From Thermodesulfobacteriota bacterium (GTDB taxonomy: Bacteria > Desulfobacterota_D > UBA1144 > Nemesobacterales > Nemesobacteraceae), in the NCBI GenBank assembly GCA_965116725.1, contig OZ220700.1, positions 881,315 through 945,314 of the forward strand: DNA of 64,000 bases, given 5' to 3'. This document shows, one piece after another, positions 29,460 through 39,100 of the stretch. How positions within the stretch are numbered: the stretch's first letter is position 1; every line of letters begins with the position of its first letter. The translations under genes and the position numbers were made by a program. The notes under the pieces are model-generated. The model saw only the letters and a program-made list of their open reading frames with translations, had not been told where the DNA came from and searched no databases.

Positions 29460-29501
29460 ATCCATAATCTGACAACTCTATGAGTTCCAAAACAGGTCGC
29501 T

Positions 29502-29849
29502 TTAATCAGACTTGGCAACTGATTCTAAGTAACCCTTAATCCTGCCAAGGTTTTCGTTTTCTTTCTTTCCCTTGTAATAGATTTCAATGAATTCAATCTT
29601 CTCTTCGTGTTCAACATATGCATAAATAATCCGAAGAGATCTATTACGAAGAGATCGACACGCCATACGCGCTTTTACTATTTTGATGATTTTAGTGGAA
29701 TGGATAACTGTAAAATTATTTCCGAAACCGATTGGAGAACTTGAAAGAACTTCTTTGAACAATTTTAAATCGTCGTTAAGGGTGCCGTATTTTCTAGAGA
29801 GCTTCTTCAATTCCCTCCTGAATTCAGGCAGGAAATTAAAGTTCCTCAT
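29502..29849 (-). CDS. RelE/ParE-superfamily-like toxin (putative partner of the Panacea antitoxin)
   Basis: 115 aa. FRRELKKLSRKY...LRIIYAYVEHEEKIEFIEIYYKGKKENEN follows the usual RelE/ParE/Gp49-like pattern. 14-nt overlap with the upstream antitoxin gene. Confidence 0.55.
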   Translation of the reverse strand: MRNFNFLPEFRRELKKLSRKYGTLNDDLKLFKEVLSSSPIGFGNNFTVIHSTKIIKIVKARMACRSLRNRSLRIIYAYVEHEEKIEFIEIYYKGKKENENLGRIKGYLESVAKSD

Positions 29850-30624
29850 ATTCTCTGACGGAGGTCAGTCTAGGACGGTAAAACACATGTTCATACTCAA
29901 GCTGTTTCCTGTCTTCGGCCACGACCCAAGGAGTATCAATATGTGACAATTCACTGATTTGCGCAGCAGTCATATAGCCCAGCCTGCGTATTTCCCAGTT
30001 GATATGTTCAAGTTCTTTGGATGAAAGAGATGATATATCTAGTTCTTTTGAATTGACTAAGTATTTCACTTGGTCATAGTTGTGAAACTTGGCTTTTACT
30101 TCTTTGATCTTGTTTTCTTCCTCAAGTTCTTCAACAATTTTTGCGAACATTACAGGGCTAGGTCCATAAGTATTTTTAATATATTTTGCGCCGACTAGTT
30201 GCTCCTCGTATTTTTCGTAGTAATCAAAATCAATAAAATAGAGAATCTTATAAAGCACTGTCTGACCTATATTTGGTTGTGCACCTATTTGGGCCAGAAC
30301 ATACAAAAGAACCTGTTTGAACTTCTCTACTTTTTCCTGAGGAACACTGATACGGATATCATGTTCTTTAACTGGTTGTTTCTTCCCTGACTTTTTAATC
30401 TCAATATCTGGAGATGGCTGTTCTTCCTCATTAAGAAAATCTTCAAGAGACATGCCGAAAATTCCTGCAAGTTTCCTAGCTTCACTTACCTTAAGCTCAC
30501 GCTTTCCAAGCTCAATCTGCACGTAAGTAGTGCGAGATACACCGAGTTCTGAAGCAAGCTCTCCCTGCCTAATAAGGCGCTTTTTTCGTTGTTCACGTAT
30601 GAAATTTCCAAGCATATTAGTCAC
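29836..30624 (-). CDS. XRE-family HTH fused to a Panacea (DUF4065/SocA-like) antitoxin domain
   Basis: The N-terminus IREQRKKRLIRQGELASELGVSRTTYVQIELGKRE is an HTH_3. The C-terminal part has TVLYKILYFIDFDYYEKYEEQLVGAKYIKNTYGPSP...LSHIDTPW, typical of DUF4065. Confidence 0.7.
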   Translation of the reverse strand: MTNMLGNFIREQRKKRLIRQGELASELGVSRTTYVQIELGKRELKVSEARKLAGIFGMSLEDFLNEEEQPSPDIEIKKSGKKQPVKEHDIRISVPQEKVEKFKQVLLYVLAQIGAQPNIGQTVLYKILYFIDFDYYEKYEEQLVGAKYIKNTYGPSPVMFAKIVEELEEENKIKEVKAKFHNYDQVKYLVNSKELDISSLSSKELEHINWEIRRLGYMTAAQISELSHIDTPWVVAEDRKQLEYEHVFYRPRLTSVREYEEL

Positions 30625-30702
30625 CCCACGATAAAACTAATTATTGCAACAAGAAATGAAAGCAATGCCAGCCTCTTAGCCAGCAACAATATATAAAACT
30701 AT

Positions 30703-30999
30703 CTACCAGACACAATTAACTTGATTAACTACTTCCTCAAAAATTCTTTCAGCAGCAATATACAAAAAAACTTGCTTGAATCCCCCGGTGTTTTTCCTTG
30801 GTTCTTCTCTTCCGTTAAGAAAGTCTTCAAGAGACATGCCGAAAATTTCTGCAAGCTTTATCGCTTCACTTTCTTTAATTTCCCGTTCTCCATACTCGAT
30901 TCGTCTGTAAGTACTGCAAGAAAAGCCTAATTTCGAAGCAAGGTACTTCTGCGTGATATAACGCTTTTCTCGCTGCTCGCGTATAAAATCTCCTAACAT
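30703..30999 (-). CDS. truncated paralogue of the XRE-Panacea gene (HTH domain only; stand-alone regulator or gene relic)
   Basis: MLGDFIREQREKRYITQKYLASKLGFSCSTYRRIEYGEREIKESEAIKLAEIFGMSLEDFLN parallels residues 4-65 of 29836..30624. Similarity ends just after FKQVFLY (compare FKQVLLY). Confidence 0.55.
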   Translation of the reverse strand: MLGDFIREQREKRYITQKYLASKLGFSCSTYRRIEYGEREIKESEAIKLAEIFGMSLEDFLNGREEPRKNTGGFKQVFLYIAAERIFEEVVNQVNCVW

Positions 31000-31204
31000 T
31001 TCAGTATAAATATAAAGATGTTTGTTTTTTTGTCAATAGAAATGTATGGAATTTGATACATTTCTATTGCTGCCTAAATACATAGTTGACCAACCTTGCC
31101 GAAACTGTCTAGATAAATACGGTCCAATGTGGATTAACCCGCCGGAGTCGATTATACTAACAATTTTCCAACCGGCCATCTTTCGAAAAAAAAGGGAACT
31201 GAAC

Positions 31205-32062
31205 ATGTCTAAAATCATGGATGGCAAAAAAGTCTCTCAAGACATTAAAAAATGGATCATCCAAAGGACCAAGGAACTTAAAGACCGCACGGGAGTAGTA
31301 CCCGGTCTTGCTTCCATTCTGGTCGGCGACGATCCCGCGTCCGAAATATACGTGAGGAACAAGAGAAGGGCGTGCGGAAGATGTGGAATGCTTTCAGAAG
31401 AATACAATCTTCCGGAGGAAACCTCAGAAGAGGAGCTTCTTTCGCTGATCGAGCGCCTCAACCTAGATGAAAAGATTCACGGCATACTGGTACAGCTTCC
31501 CCTTCCGATCCATATGAACCAGGCAAAAGTGATAAGAACGGTGTCTCCTGACAAAGATGTCGACGGATTTCATCCCGAGAACATCGGAAAACTGTTCCAG
31601 GAAAATCCCAGCGCCATCTCCTGCACCCCGTACGGAATAGAAAAAATTCTCGATTACTACGGCATAGAGATACTCGGCAAGCACGTAGTGGTCGTAGGAA
31701 AAAGCAACATAGTTGGAAAACCCGCGGCGGCCTTGATGCTCAACAGGGACGCCACCGTCACCATAGCCCATATCGAAACTCGAAACCTGTCGTCTATAAC
31801 CATCATGGCGGACATACTGATAGTCGCAATAGGGGATCCGCAATTCATAAAAAAGGAGATGATAAAGGACGGAGCCGTTTTAATCGATGTCGGAATCAAC
31901 AGGAGCGAGAGCGGAAAGCTCGTCGGCGACATTGACTTTGAGGATGTAAAGGGAAAGGCCTCTTACATAACCCCTGTTCCCGGCGGGGTGGGTCCGATGA
32001 CCATAACCATGCTTCTTTGGAACACGCTTGAGGCGGCGGAGATATTCGTGCTGGGCGAGTAA
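31205..32062 (+). CDS. folD: bifunctional methylenetetrahydrofolate dehydrogenase/cyclohydrolase
   Basis: MSKIMDGKKVSQDIK...LASILVGDDPASEIYVRNK...GILVQLPLP...VVVVGKSNIVGKP...TPVPGGVGPMT. The inner ATG at 31205 of the track ORF is used. Confidence 0.92.
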   Translation: MSKIMDGKKVSQDIKKWIIQRTKELKDRTGVVPGLASILVGDDPASEIYVRNKRRACGRCGMLSEEYNLPEETSEEELLSLIERLNLDEKIHGILVQLPLPIHMNQAKVIRTVSPDKDVDGFHPENIGKLFQENPSAISCTPYGIEKILDYYGIEILGKHVVVVGKSNIVGKPAAALMLNRDATVTIAHIETRNLSSITIMADILIVAIGDPQFIKKEMIKDGAVLIDVGINRSESGKLVGDIDFEDVKGKASYITPVPGGVGPMTITMLLWNTLEAAEIFVLGE

Positions 32063-32075
32063 CCCCAAACCCGGG

Positions 32076-32594
32076 TCAGAGAAGCACCTCGGGGCCATCG
32101 GTTTTCGAAATCGCCTGTGAGTCCCCGAGCCCGGAACATATATCCCTTACCGCCATGTTCTTTGCAGGATGCCAGGCGGCCGGGTCTATCTCAAGCAGAG
32201 GCTCCAGGACAAATCTTCTTTCGTGCGCCCTCGGGTGAGGAATTACCAAGGAATCCGTGCTTATTACGAGGTCTCCGTAGAAGATTATGTCAAGATCTAT
32301 CACTCTTGGTCCCCACCTCTTCGTCTTTTTTCTCCCGATCTCCCTTTCGATTGTCTTGAGGTGATCAAGAAGCTCAAGAGGGGAAAGCTCCGTTTCTATT
32401 TTAACAACTGCGTTTGTGAACTTCGGCTGATCCTGCGGTCCCACGGGATCCGATTCGTAAAGGGAGGATACCGCCACCACGCGCGCGCACTTTTCTATGC
32501 TCCTCAGCGCGCGGGTGAAATTCTCGCGCACGGGGCCGAGGTTGGCTCCGACCCCTATGAAAACTACGTTCGGCGAAGCTTCGGGTTCGTTCAA
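32076..32594 (-). CDS. folK: 2-amino-4-hydroxy-6-hydroxymethyldihydropteridine diphosphokinase
   Basis: VFIGVGANLG...SSLYESDPVGPQDQPKFTNAV...GPRVIDLDII...IPHPRAHERRFVLEPL. Confidence 0.88.
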   Translation of the reverse strand: MNEPEASPNVVFIGVGANLGPVRENFTRALRSIEKCARVVAVSSLYESDPVGPQDQPKFTNAVVKIETELSPLELLDHLKTIEREIGRKKTKRWGPRVIDLDIIFYGDLVISTDSLVIPHPRAHERRFVLEPLLEIDPAAWHPAKNMAVRDICSGLGDSQAISKTDGPEVLL

Positions 32595-32633
32595 TGGAAT
32601 ACTCCTCCCGGTTAATATATAATGAGAAAATAT

Positions 32634-32912
32634 ATGGCACTTTTAACCGAAAAAGAAATTTCTTCCGCGCTCGAGGGCCTTCAGGACTGGCAGAGGAAGG
32701 GAGAAGAAATAGAAAAGACGTTTGTTCTCAGAAATTTCGTCGATTCCATGGGTTTTGTGAACAAGGTTGCGCTTCTTTCCGAAAGGGCAGACCACCACCC
32801 CGACATCCTCATACGGTGGAACAAGGTTTCCATCACTCTTTCAACCCATAGCGAAGGCGGAATCACGGAAAAAGACCTGAGTCTGGCGGGGGAAATAGAA
32901 AAGGCACTCTGA
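32634..32912 (+). CDS. phhB: 4a-hydroxytetrahydrobiopterin dehydratase
   Basis: FVDSMGFVNKVALLSERADHHPDILIRWNKVSITLSTH is the PCD signature. The ATG at 32634 or 32622 could be the start. Confidence 0.82.
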   Translation: MALLTEKEISSALEGLQDWQRKGEEIEKTFVLRNFVDSMGFVNKVALLSERADHHPDILIRWNKVSITLSTHSEGGITEKDLSLAGEIEKAL

Positions 32913-32940
32913 CGCGAGTTCCACGCGCCGTCCGGGAAAG

Positions 32941-33207
32941 CTAGTCCGCATCCCTTATCTCGTAATCGTCCTCTCCGAGGGTAATGGTATCCCCTCCAGG
33001 TCCGCCCACGCGGGGATCGGCTTTTCTGCCCCTGCCCGGAAACAGCTTCCTCAGAAGCGAGGCTCCTGCTCCGAGCACTCCTAGCGCAACCAGGGCCAGA
33101 ACGCCGAAAAACGCGAAAAGGCAGACGGCCACGACCACGAAAAGAGCTATGAAGGGAAGAGAGAAAAACGGAACTCTTCCCCTGCGAATGTAGATTTTCC
33201 CAGCCAT
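32941..33207 (-). CDS. small membrane protein, hypothetical
   Basis: 88 aa, two hydrophobic segments and a basic/acidic tail. No family recognised. Confidence 0.4.
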   Translation of the reverse strand: MAGKIYIRRGRVPFFSLPFIALFVVVAVCLFAFFGVLALVALGVLGAGASLLRKLFPGRGRKADPRVGGPGGDTITLGEDDYEIRDAD

Positions 33208-33229
33208 TAAGACACCTTATCCAATATTA

Positions 33230-36085
33230 TCACCGACCGCAGCACCTTTTGTATTTCTTGCCGCTGCCACAGGGGCACGGGTCGTTCCGACCAACCTTCT
33301 TCTGCGTTCTCCTGACCGGGGTCTTGGCTTTTTCTTCAGCCCCTTCTCCCCGCCCGAGCACCATTTTCTTCTCCTCAAGCTCCCTTCTTCTCTCAAGTTC
33401 CTCGATCTGCTCTTCGGTCGCGGGCTGTATCCTGAAAAGATTCGAGCAGACGTCCATCCTGAACTTGTCCATCATGAGGGCAAACATGTCGAAGCCCTCT
33501 TTTGTGTATTCCCGAAGGGGGTCTTTCTGCGCGTATCCCCTGAGTCCCACCCCTTCCCTCAGGTGATCCATGTTAAGAAGATGATCCTTCCAGAGGTAGT
33601 CTATGTGCTGAAGCATGACGTAGCGTTCGACCTGCGAGAGGTTTTCAGAGCCTATCCTCTCCTCTTTTTCCCTGTACGCGGCGATCAGCTTTCCGGTGAC
33701 TTCTTCCGTTATGACTTCGCCGTCCGCCTTGCCGGAGGCCTCTATCTCGATCTCCGTTCCGAAAATCCTCCCGATAACTTCACTGAGTTCGGAGAAATCA
33801 GATTCCGGGCGGTCATCCCGCCCTGCCAGGTAACTGCCCACGGATTCCCGAACGATGTCTTCTGAAGACGAAAAAAGTATCTCTCTCAGGCTCTCGCCGC
33901 CCTCGAGAATCTCGCGGCGCTGCCTGTAGACGACGTCCCTTTGCGTGTTGAGAACATCGTCGTATCTCAGGAGATGCTTGCGGATGTCAAAATTCCTTCC
34001 CTCGACCTTTTTCTGGGCGTTCTCAATCGACTTGCTTATCATCGAGTGCTCAATCGGCTCTCCTTCCTCCCACCCGAGCTTGTCCATGACACCCGTTATC
34101 CTCTCCGAGGCGAAAATGCGCATCAGGTCGTCTTCAAGGGAAACATAGAATCTTGAAGATCCGTCATCTCCCTGCCTTCCTGCTCTCCCCCTGAACTGGT
34201 TGTCTATTCTCCTCGCCTCGTGTCTTTCGACCGAAAGGATATGAAGCCCGCCGAGTTCCTTAACTTTCTCCTTTTCCGAATCGCAGATCGATTTCGCCTC
34301 GAAAAGCGCTTCTTCGTACTGCTTTGGCTCCGCTTCCTCGGGCTGGACCCTGAACTCTTTCCTGAGAATATCCATTGCAAGGAACTCGGGGTTTCCGCCG
34401 AGCAGTATGTCAGTTCCCCTCCCCGCCATGTTGGTCGCTATGGTTATGGCCCCTATCCTGCCCGCCTGGGCGACGATCTCGGCCTCCTTTCCGTGCTGCT
34501 TGGCGTTAAGCACGTTGTGGCTAAGACCTATCTTCTCAAGGTAGCCGGCCAGTTTTTCCGACTGCTCGATCGATGAGGTGCCGACAAGCACCGGCCGGCC
34601 GGCGGAATTCATTTCCTTTATCTCAGCGCACGCGGCGTTGAACTTCTCGCGCTCGGTCCTGTAGACAACATCTTCGTAATCCTTCCTTATAAGCGGCTTG
34701 TGGGTCGGTATCACGGTGACGTCAAGATCGTATATGTGGCTGAACTCAAACGCTTCCGTGTCGGCGGTACCCGTCATACCGGCAAGCTTTCTGTACATTC
34801 TGAAATAGTTCTGGATCGTTATGGTGGCCATCGTCTGGTTCTCGCTTTCGATTTCCACCCCTTCCTTGGCCTCAACCGCCTGATGAAGCCCGTCGCTCCA
34901 TCTGCGCCCCGGCATTAGCCTTCCCGTGAACTCGTCGACTATCACCACCTTCCCGTCCTGCATCATGTAGTCGACGTCGAGGTTGAAAAGGGCATTGGCG
35001 CGAAGCGACTGATTAACGTGGTGGAGAACCTTGAGGTTGACGGGGTCGTAGAGGTTTGGGACGTCGAGCGCCCTCTCCACCTTGGAAACCCCCTCCTCGG
35101 TAAGATCCACCTGCCTTGTTTTCTCGTCCACCGTGAAATCGGTTTTCCCAGAGAGCGTCTTCACCACCTTGTCCACTTTGTAGTAAAGATCGGTCGAGTC
35201 CTCCGAAGGGCCCGAGATTATAAGCGGGGTTCTCGCCTCGTCTATGAGAATGCTGTCGACCTCGTCCACTATGGCGAAATTGTGGCCGCGCTGAACGTAG
35301 CTTTCAAGGGAGAACTTCATGTTGTCGCGCAAGTAGTCGAAACCGAACTCGTTGTTGGTGCCGTAGGTAACATCCGCCTGGTAGGAATCCTGCCTGGTTG
35401 AGGGCTCGAGGCAGGTCTTGAAGGAATTTATGATATCGAGGTTTTTTTCGGGAAGAACGTCGTTTGCCAGATATTCGTTTGGCCACGCAGTCAGGTTTTT
35501 CTCTACCGATTCTTCGGCCCGCTTGGGATCCTCCCAGGCAAGCACGTAGGAGGCATCGTGATTTATAACTCCCACTTTCATGTCCAGGACCATGAAAATC
35601 GGCGACATCCAGGTGGCATCCCTGGCGGCCAGGTAATCGTTTACGGTGATAAGGTGGGAGCCGAGCCCGGTGAGGCCGTTTAGGTAAAGGGGCAGGACGG
35701 CGACCAGTGTTTTTCCTTCCCCGGTTCTCATCTCGGCTATCCTGCCTCTGTGAAGAACCATCCCCCCTATCATCTGAACGTCGAAATGCCTCATGGCTAT
35801 CGTTCTCCTCGACGCTTCCCTCACGGCGGCGAACGCCTCCGGCAGGATATCCTCAAGAACCTTCTCCATCTCAGCGAAATACTTCTCGTCGGACGGGCTT
35901 CCGTTTGTACCGAGACGGGAGTGTATCAGTTCCCGGAATTGCGAGGTCTTTGCGCGAAGTTCCGCCGTGGGAACTTTAACCAGCGTTTCTTCAAGGGCGT
36001 TTATCCTCTCTGCCAGAACGCCGAGCTTCTTTACCTCTCTTTCGTTCTGCGAGCCGACTATCTTTTTCAGGACGTAAGAAATCAT
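33230..36085 (-). CDS. secA: preprotein translocase ATPase SecA
   Basis: 951 aa. MRTGEGKT (Walker A), the DEVDSILIDEARTPLIIS DEAD-like motor and the C-terminal zinc finger CPCGSGKKYKRCCG. Confidence 0.96.
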   Translation of the reverse strand: MISYVLKKIVGSQNEREVKKLGVLAERINALEETLVKVPTAELRAKTSQFRELIHSRLGTNGSPSDEKYFAEMEKVLEDILPEAFAAVREASRRTIAMRHFDVQMIGGMVLHRGRIAEMRTGEGKTLVAVLPLYLNGLTGLGSHLITVNDYLAARDATWMSPIFMVLDMKVGVINHDASYVLAWEDPKRAEESVEKNLTAWPNEYLANDVLPEKNLDIINSFKTCLEPSTRQDSYQADVTYGTNNEFGFDYLRDNMKFSLESYVQRGHNFAIVDEVDSILIDEARTPLIISGPSEDSTDLYYKVDKVVKTLSGKTDFTVDEKTRQVDLTEEGVSKVERALDVPNLYDPVNLKVLHHVNQSLRANALFNLDVDYMMQDGKVVIVDEFTGRLMPGRRWSDGLHQAVEAKEGVEIESENQTMATITIQNYFRMYRKLAGMTGTADTEAFEFSHIYDLDVTVIPTHKPLIRKDYEDVVYRTEREKFNAACAEIKEMNSAGRPVLVGTSSIEQSEKLAGYLEKIGLSHNVLNAKQHGKEAEIVAQAGRIGAITIATNMAGRGTDILLGGNPEFLAMDILRKEFRVQPEEAEPKQYEEALFEAKSICDSEKEKVKELGGLHILSVERHEARRIDNQFRGRAGRQGDDGSSRFYVSLEDDLMRIFASERITGVMDKLGWEEGEPIEHSMISKSIENAQKKVEGRNFDIRKHLLRYDDVLNTQRDVVYRQRREILEGGESLREILFSSSEDIVRESVGSYLAGRDDRPESDFSELSEVIGRIFGTEIEIEASGKADGEVITEEVTGKLIAAYREKEERIGSENLSQVERYVMLQHIDYLWKDHLLNMDHLREGVGLRGYAQKDPLREYTKEGFDMFALMMDKFRMDVCSNLFRIQPATEEQIEELERRRELEEKKMVLGRGEGAEEKAKTPVRRTQKKVGRNDPCPCGSGKKYKRCCGR

Positions 36086-36189
36086 GCGCCGAAGCGGTCT
36101 CCTTTAGCTAACGGTTCCCGGAACGTCTGGGAACAGCTCTCCTAAAACAGTCTAATAATCCGTGGGAAATAGACAAGGAAATTTTGGAT

Positions 36190-39100
36190 TCAGGCGTCAA
36201 GCTTCACGCTTACGACCCTAGAAGCGGCGGTACCGTCTGCGGTTATTCCTATAAGCGCGTCAGCCTCGTGCATGGTTTTTCTGTTATGCGTGATGACGGC
36301 CACCTGGGAATGGTCCGCTATCTCGCTCAGGATCTTGTTGAATCTCACCGTGTTCACTTCGTCAAGCGCGGCGTCTATTTCATCTAGGAACACAAAGGGA
36401 ACAGGCTTTACCAGGCATGCGGAGATTATGACCGCTATGGCCGAAAGTGCCTTTTCCCCTCCCGAGAGCAGGTTTATCGGCTGGAAGCGCTTTCCTCCGG
36501 GCCTGATCATGACCTCCACTCCGGTTTCAAGCAGGTTCCTGGGATCTGTAAGCTCAAGGCGAGCCTCTCCGTTTTCGAAAAGCTTGCAGAAGGTTTCGCT
36601 GAATTTCCCGTTCACGATCTCAAACGCCTCCCGGAACCTTGAAACTGACTCCCTGTCAAGCTTCCTTATAGCGCCTTCGAGGTAATCAAGCGCCCGGGCG
36701 AGGTCATCGGTCTGGCGCTGGAGAAACCCGTTTCTCTCTTCAAGCTGCTCGTATTCCTCGGGCGCAAGCAGGTTCACGGGACCGAAATTCTCTATGCGCC
36801 GCCGAAGCGTCTTAAGTTCCCTCTCCGCATCGGGTATCGAAACATGGGAGAGGTTCGGGCTTTGCGAGGCATCGGGCGCAGCATCGCCGAATGTCTCTGT
36901 ATACCGTTCGCTCAGATACTCAAACTCATCCTGCGCACGCTCAAGTTTCGCCTGGGCCGAGGCAAGCCGCTCTCTTCGCGAGGAAAGTTCCTGTGACGCG
37001 GCCTCGAATTCCTCTTCGCTTCTGCGGAGCTCCTCAGCGTAGTGCGACACCCTTTCCCTGAGTTCCCCGAAGGACTCTTCTCTTAAGCCTAGGTCGCTGC
37101 AGATCTTCTCAAACTCCTCTTCCGCCTGGCGTCTCGACAGGGCAAGTGCCTCGCTCTCCTGTTTTTTAAGTTCCCCATCCTTTGTTCTGAGGGAAAGCTT
37201 CTCGTTTATAACCGCCTTTATTCTCTCGGCTTCCGATATCTCGTGTTCAAGGGCCTTTTCCCTTTCAAGAACCCCGGCGTTTTCTATCCTGAGTTTCGTT
37301 ATTTTCTCCTGAAGAGCCTTTTCCTCCTCGGCAAACCCGAGAGCCCGTTTTTCGATTTCCCCGTATTTTGACTCAAGCGCGCTTCTTTGGCCGTCAAGCT
37401 GCTCTATAAGCGACTCCATCTCCTCGACGGTGCGGTTTTTGCTCCCCAGCTTGCGCTCAAGCTCGTCGCGCTGCACCTCAAGATTCCCGATTCTCGTCCC
37501 CAGCTCTTCTATCCTGGTCTCCGCGTTCGAGCGGTCCTTTGCGTTCTCAACCGAGCTTATCTCGCAGCGTCGAAGAAGTTCCTGCACCTGCGCCCGGCGG
37601 CCCTCAAGCGCTTCCATCTCTTCTTTAAGCGTCCTGCAGACAGACTCCAGTTTCTCTATGTCGGCCAAGAGGGTCTGTGTCTGCCCCTCAAGTTCCTCGA
37701 TTTCCCTTTTTCTCTCAAACACCCCTGCCAGGGATTTTCCGCCCGTCACGGCCCCGTGGGAATCGACGTAGTCCCCTTCGAGGGTGGCGAAGCACGCGCC
37801 GTTTCCCGTCCGGCTCTTAAGCCTGATGGCTTCCCGCAGATCGGAAGTGACGTAAACTTCCTGCAGCATCGAGTCAACAAGGCTTTTCTCTATCACTTTC
37901 ACGTCAAGGAGGCTGTTAAGGGATGTCGCATCCGGCTTGCCGTTTCCGCTGGCCCTGCCGTTTCCGTTGCCAGAGCCGTTTGCCACGAACCGGTCGGTTG
38001 CCGGTATGAAGGTTCCCCTTCCCGCGTCAAACTCCCTCAGAAGCTCAACCGCGGCGACCGCCTCCGTGCTCCCTTCGACCACTATCCAGTTGAGTTTTTC
38101 CCCGAAGGCCGCCTCAACCGCTCTTTCGTAGTTTCTCGGGACGGAAACGAAATCGGAAACAACCCCCAGCACGCCCCTCTGCTTGCGCTCTAACACGAAC
38201 TTGCGCGTGGCGTCAGGAAGCCATTCGTAGTTGCTCTGTATCTTGTTAAGGGCCTCCACTCTGGAGACGCAGTCTTTTTTCCTGCCTTCAAGACCCCTCA
38301 GTTCGCCGAGTTTCTTCTCGTGCTCAACCCTGAGGTCGTAAAGACGCGAATCGATTTCTTCTTTTTCTTTGGTGGCCGAGGTAAATTCGTCTTTTATTTC
38401 CCCTTCCCGGCGGCGGAGCGAAGCAAGCCTTTTCTCGCACTCGAGCTTTTCAAGTCCCAAGGCGGAAGCCTCCCCCTCAAGTGCCTCTTTTTTCTCCCCA
38501 AGCTCCTCAAGCTCCTTTGAGAAAGCGCCTATCGTGCTTCCAAGCGAGCTTCTTCTGGTCATCACGTCAGAGACCAGATCTGCAGTTTCCTCAAGTTCCT
38601 TTTTGTCCTGCTCCCATTCGCTTTTCAGGGTCACAAGGTTCTGTTCCTCGCGCGAAATCTCCTCGGAAACAGAAAGACGCGTGTTTTTGAGCTCCTCTGA
38701 CTGGAACCCGGCGCGGCTGCTTCTCTCCTCCATCTCCGAAACTTCGCGTCCGAGGCTCTCTATCTCGGCTTCAATGTTCGTTACGTAGCTTGAAATCCCG
38801 GCGGTCTCCCGTTCGATCGAGGCCCTGCGGTATTCGTTTTCCCTTTTCTGCGCCCGAAGCTCGTAGATCTCCTTCTCAAGGGAACCCAGATCCTGGCCTG
38901 AAACGGAGTTTTTCTCCTTCGCCTCTTGAAGCAGCCCGCGCTTTTGCTCAAGCTCGGCATCTGCCGAGCGGACGAACTGTTCCGCCCCGAGCTTTTTTTC
39001 AAGAAGCGCTTCTTTGCGCTGCTGCGATCCCGAGAGCTTGGCCGAGAGAACATCAAATTCAAGCGAGCGGGCCCGCCCGGTAAGCTCCTCGTACTCTCTG

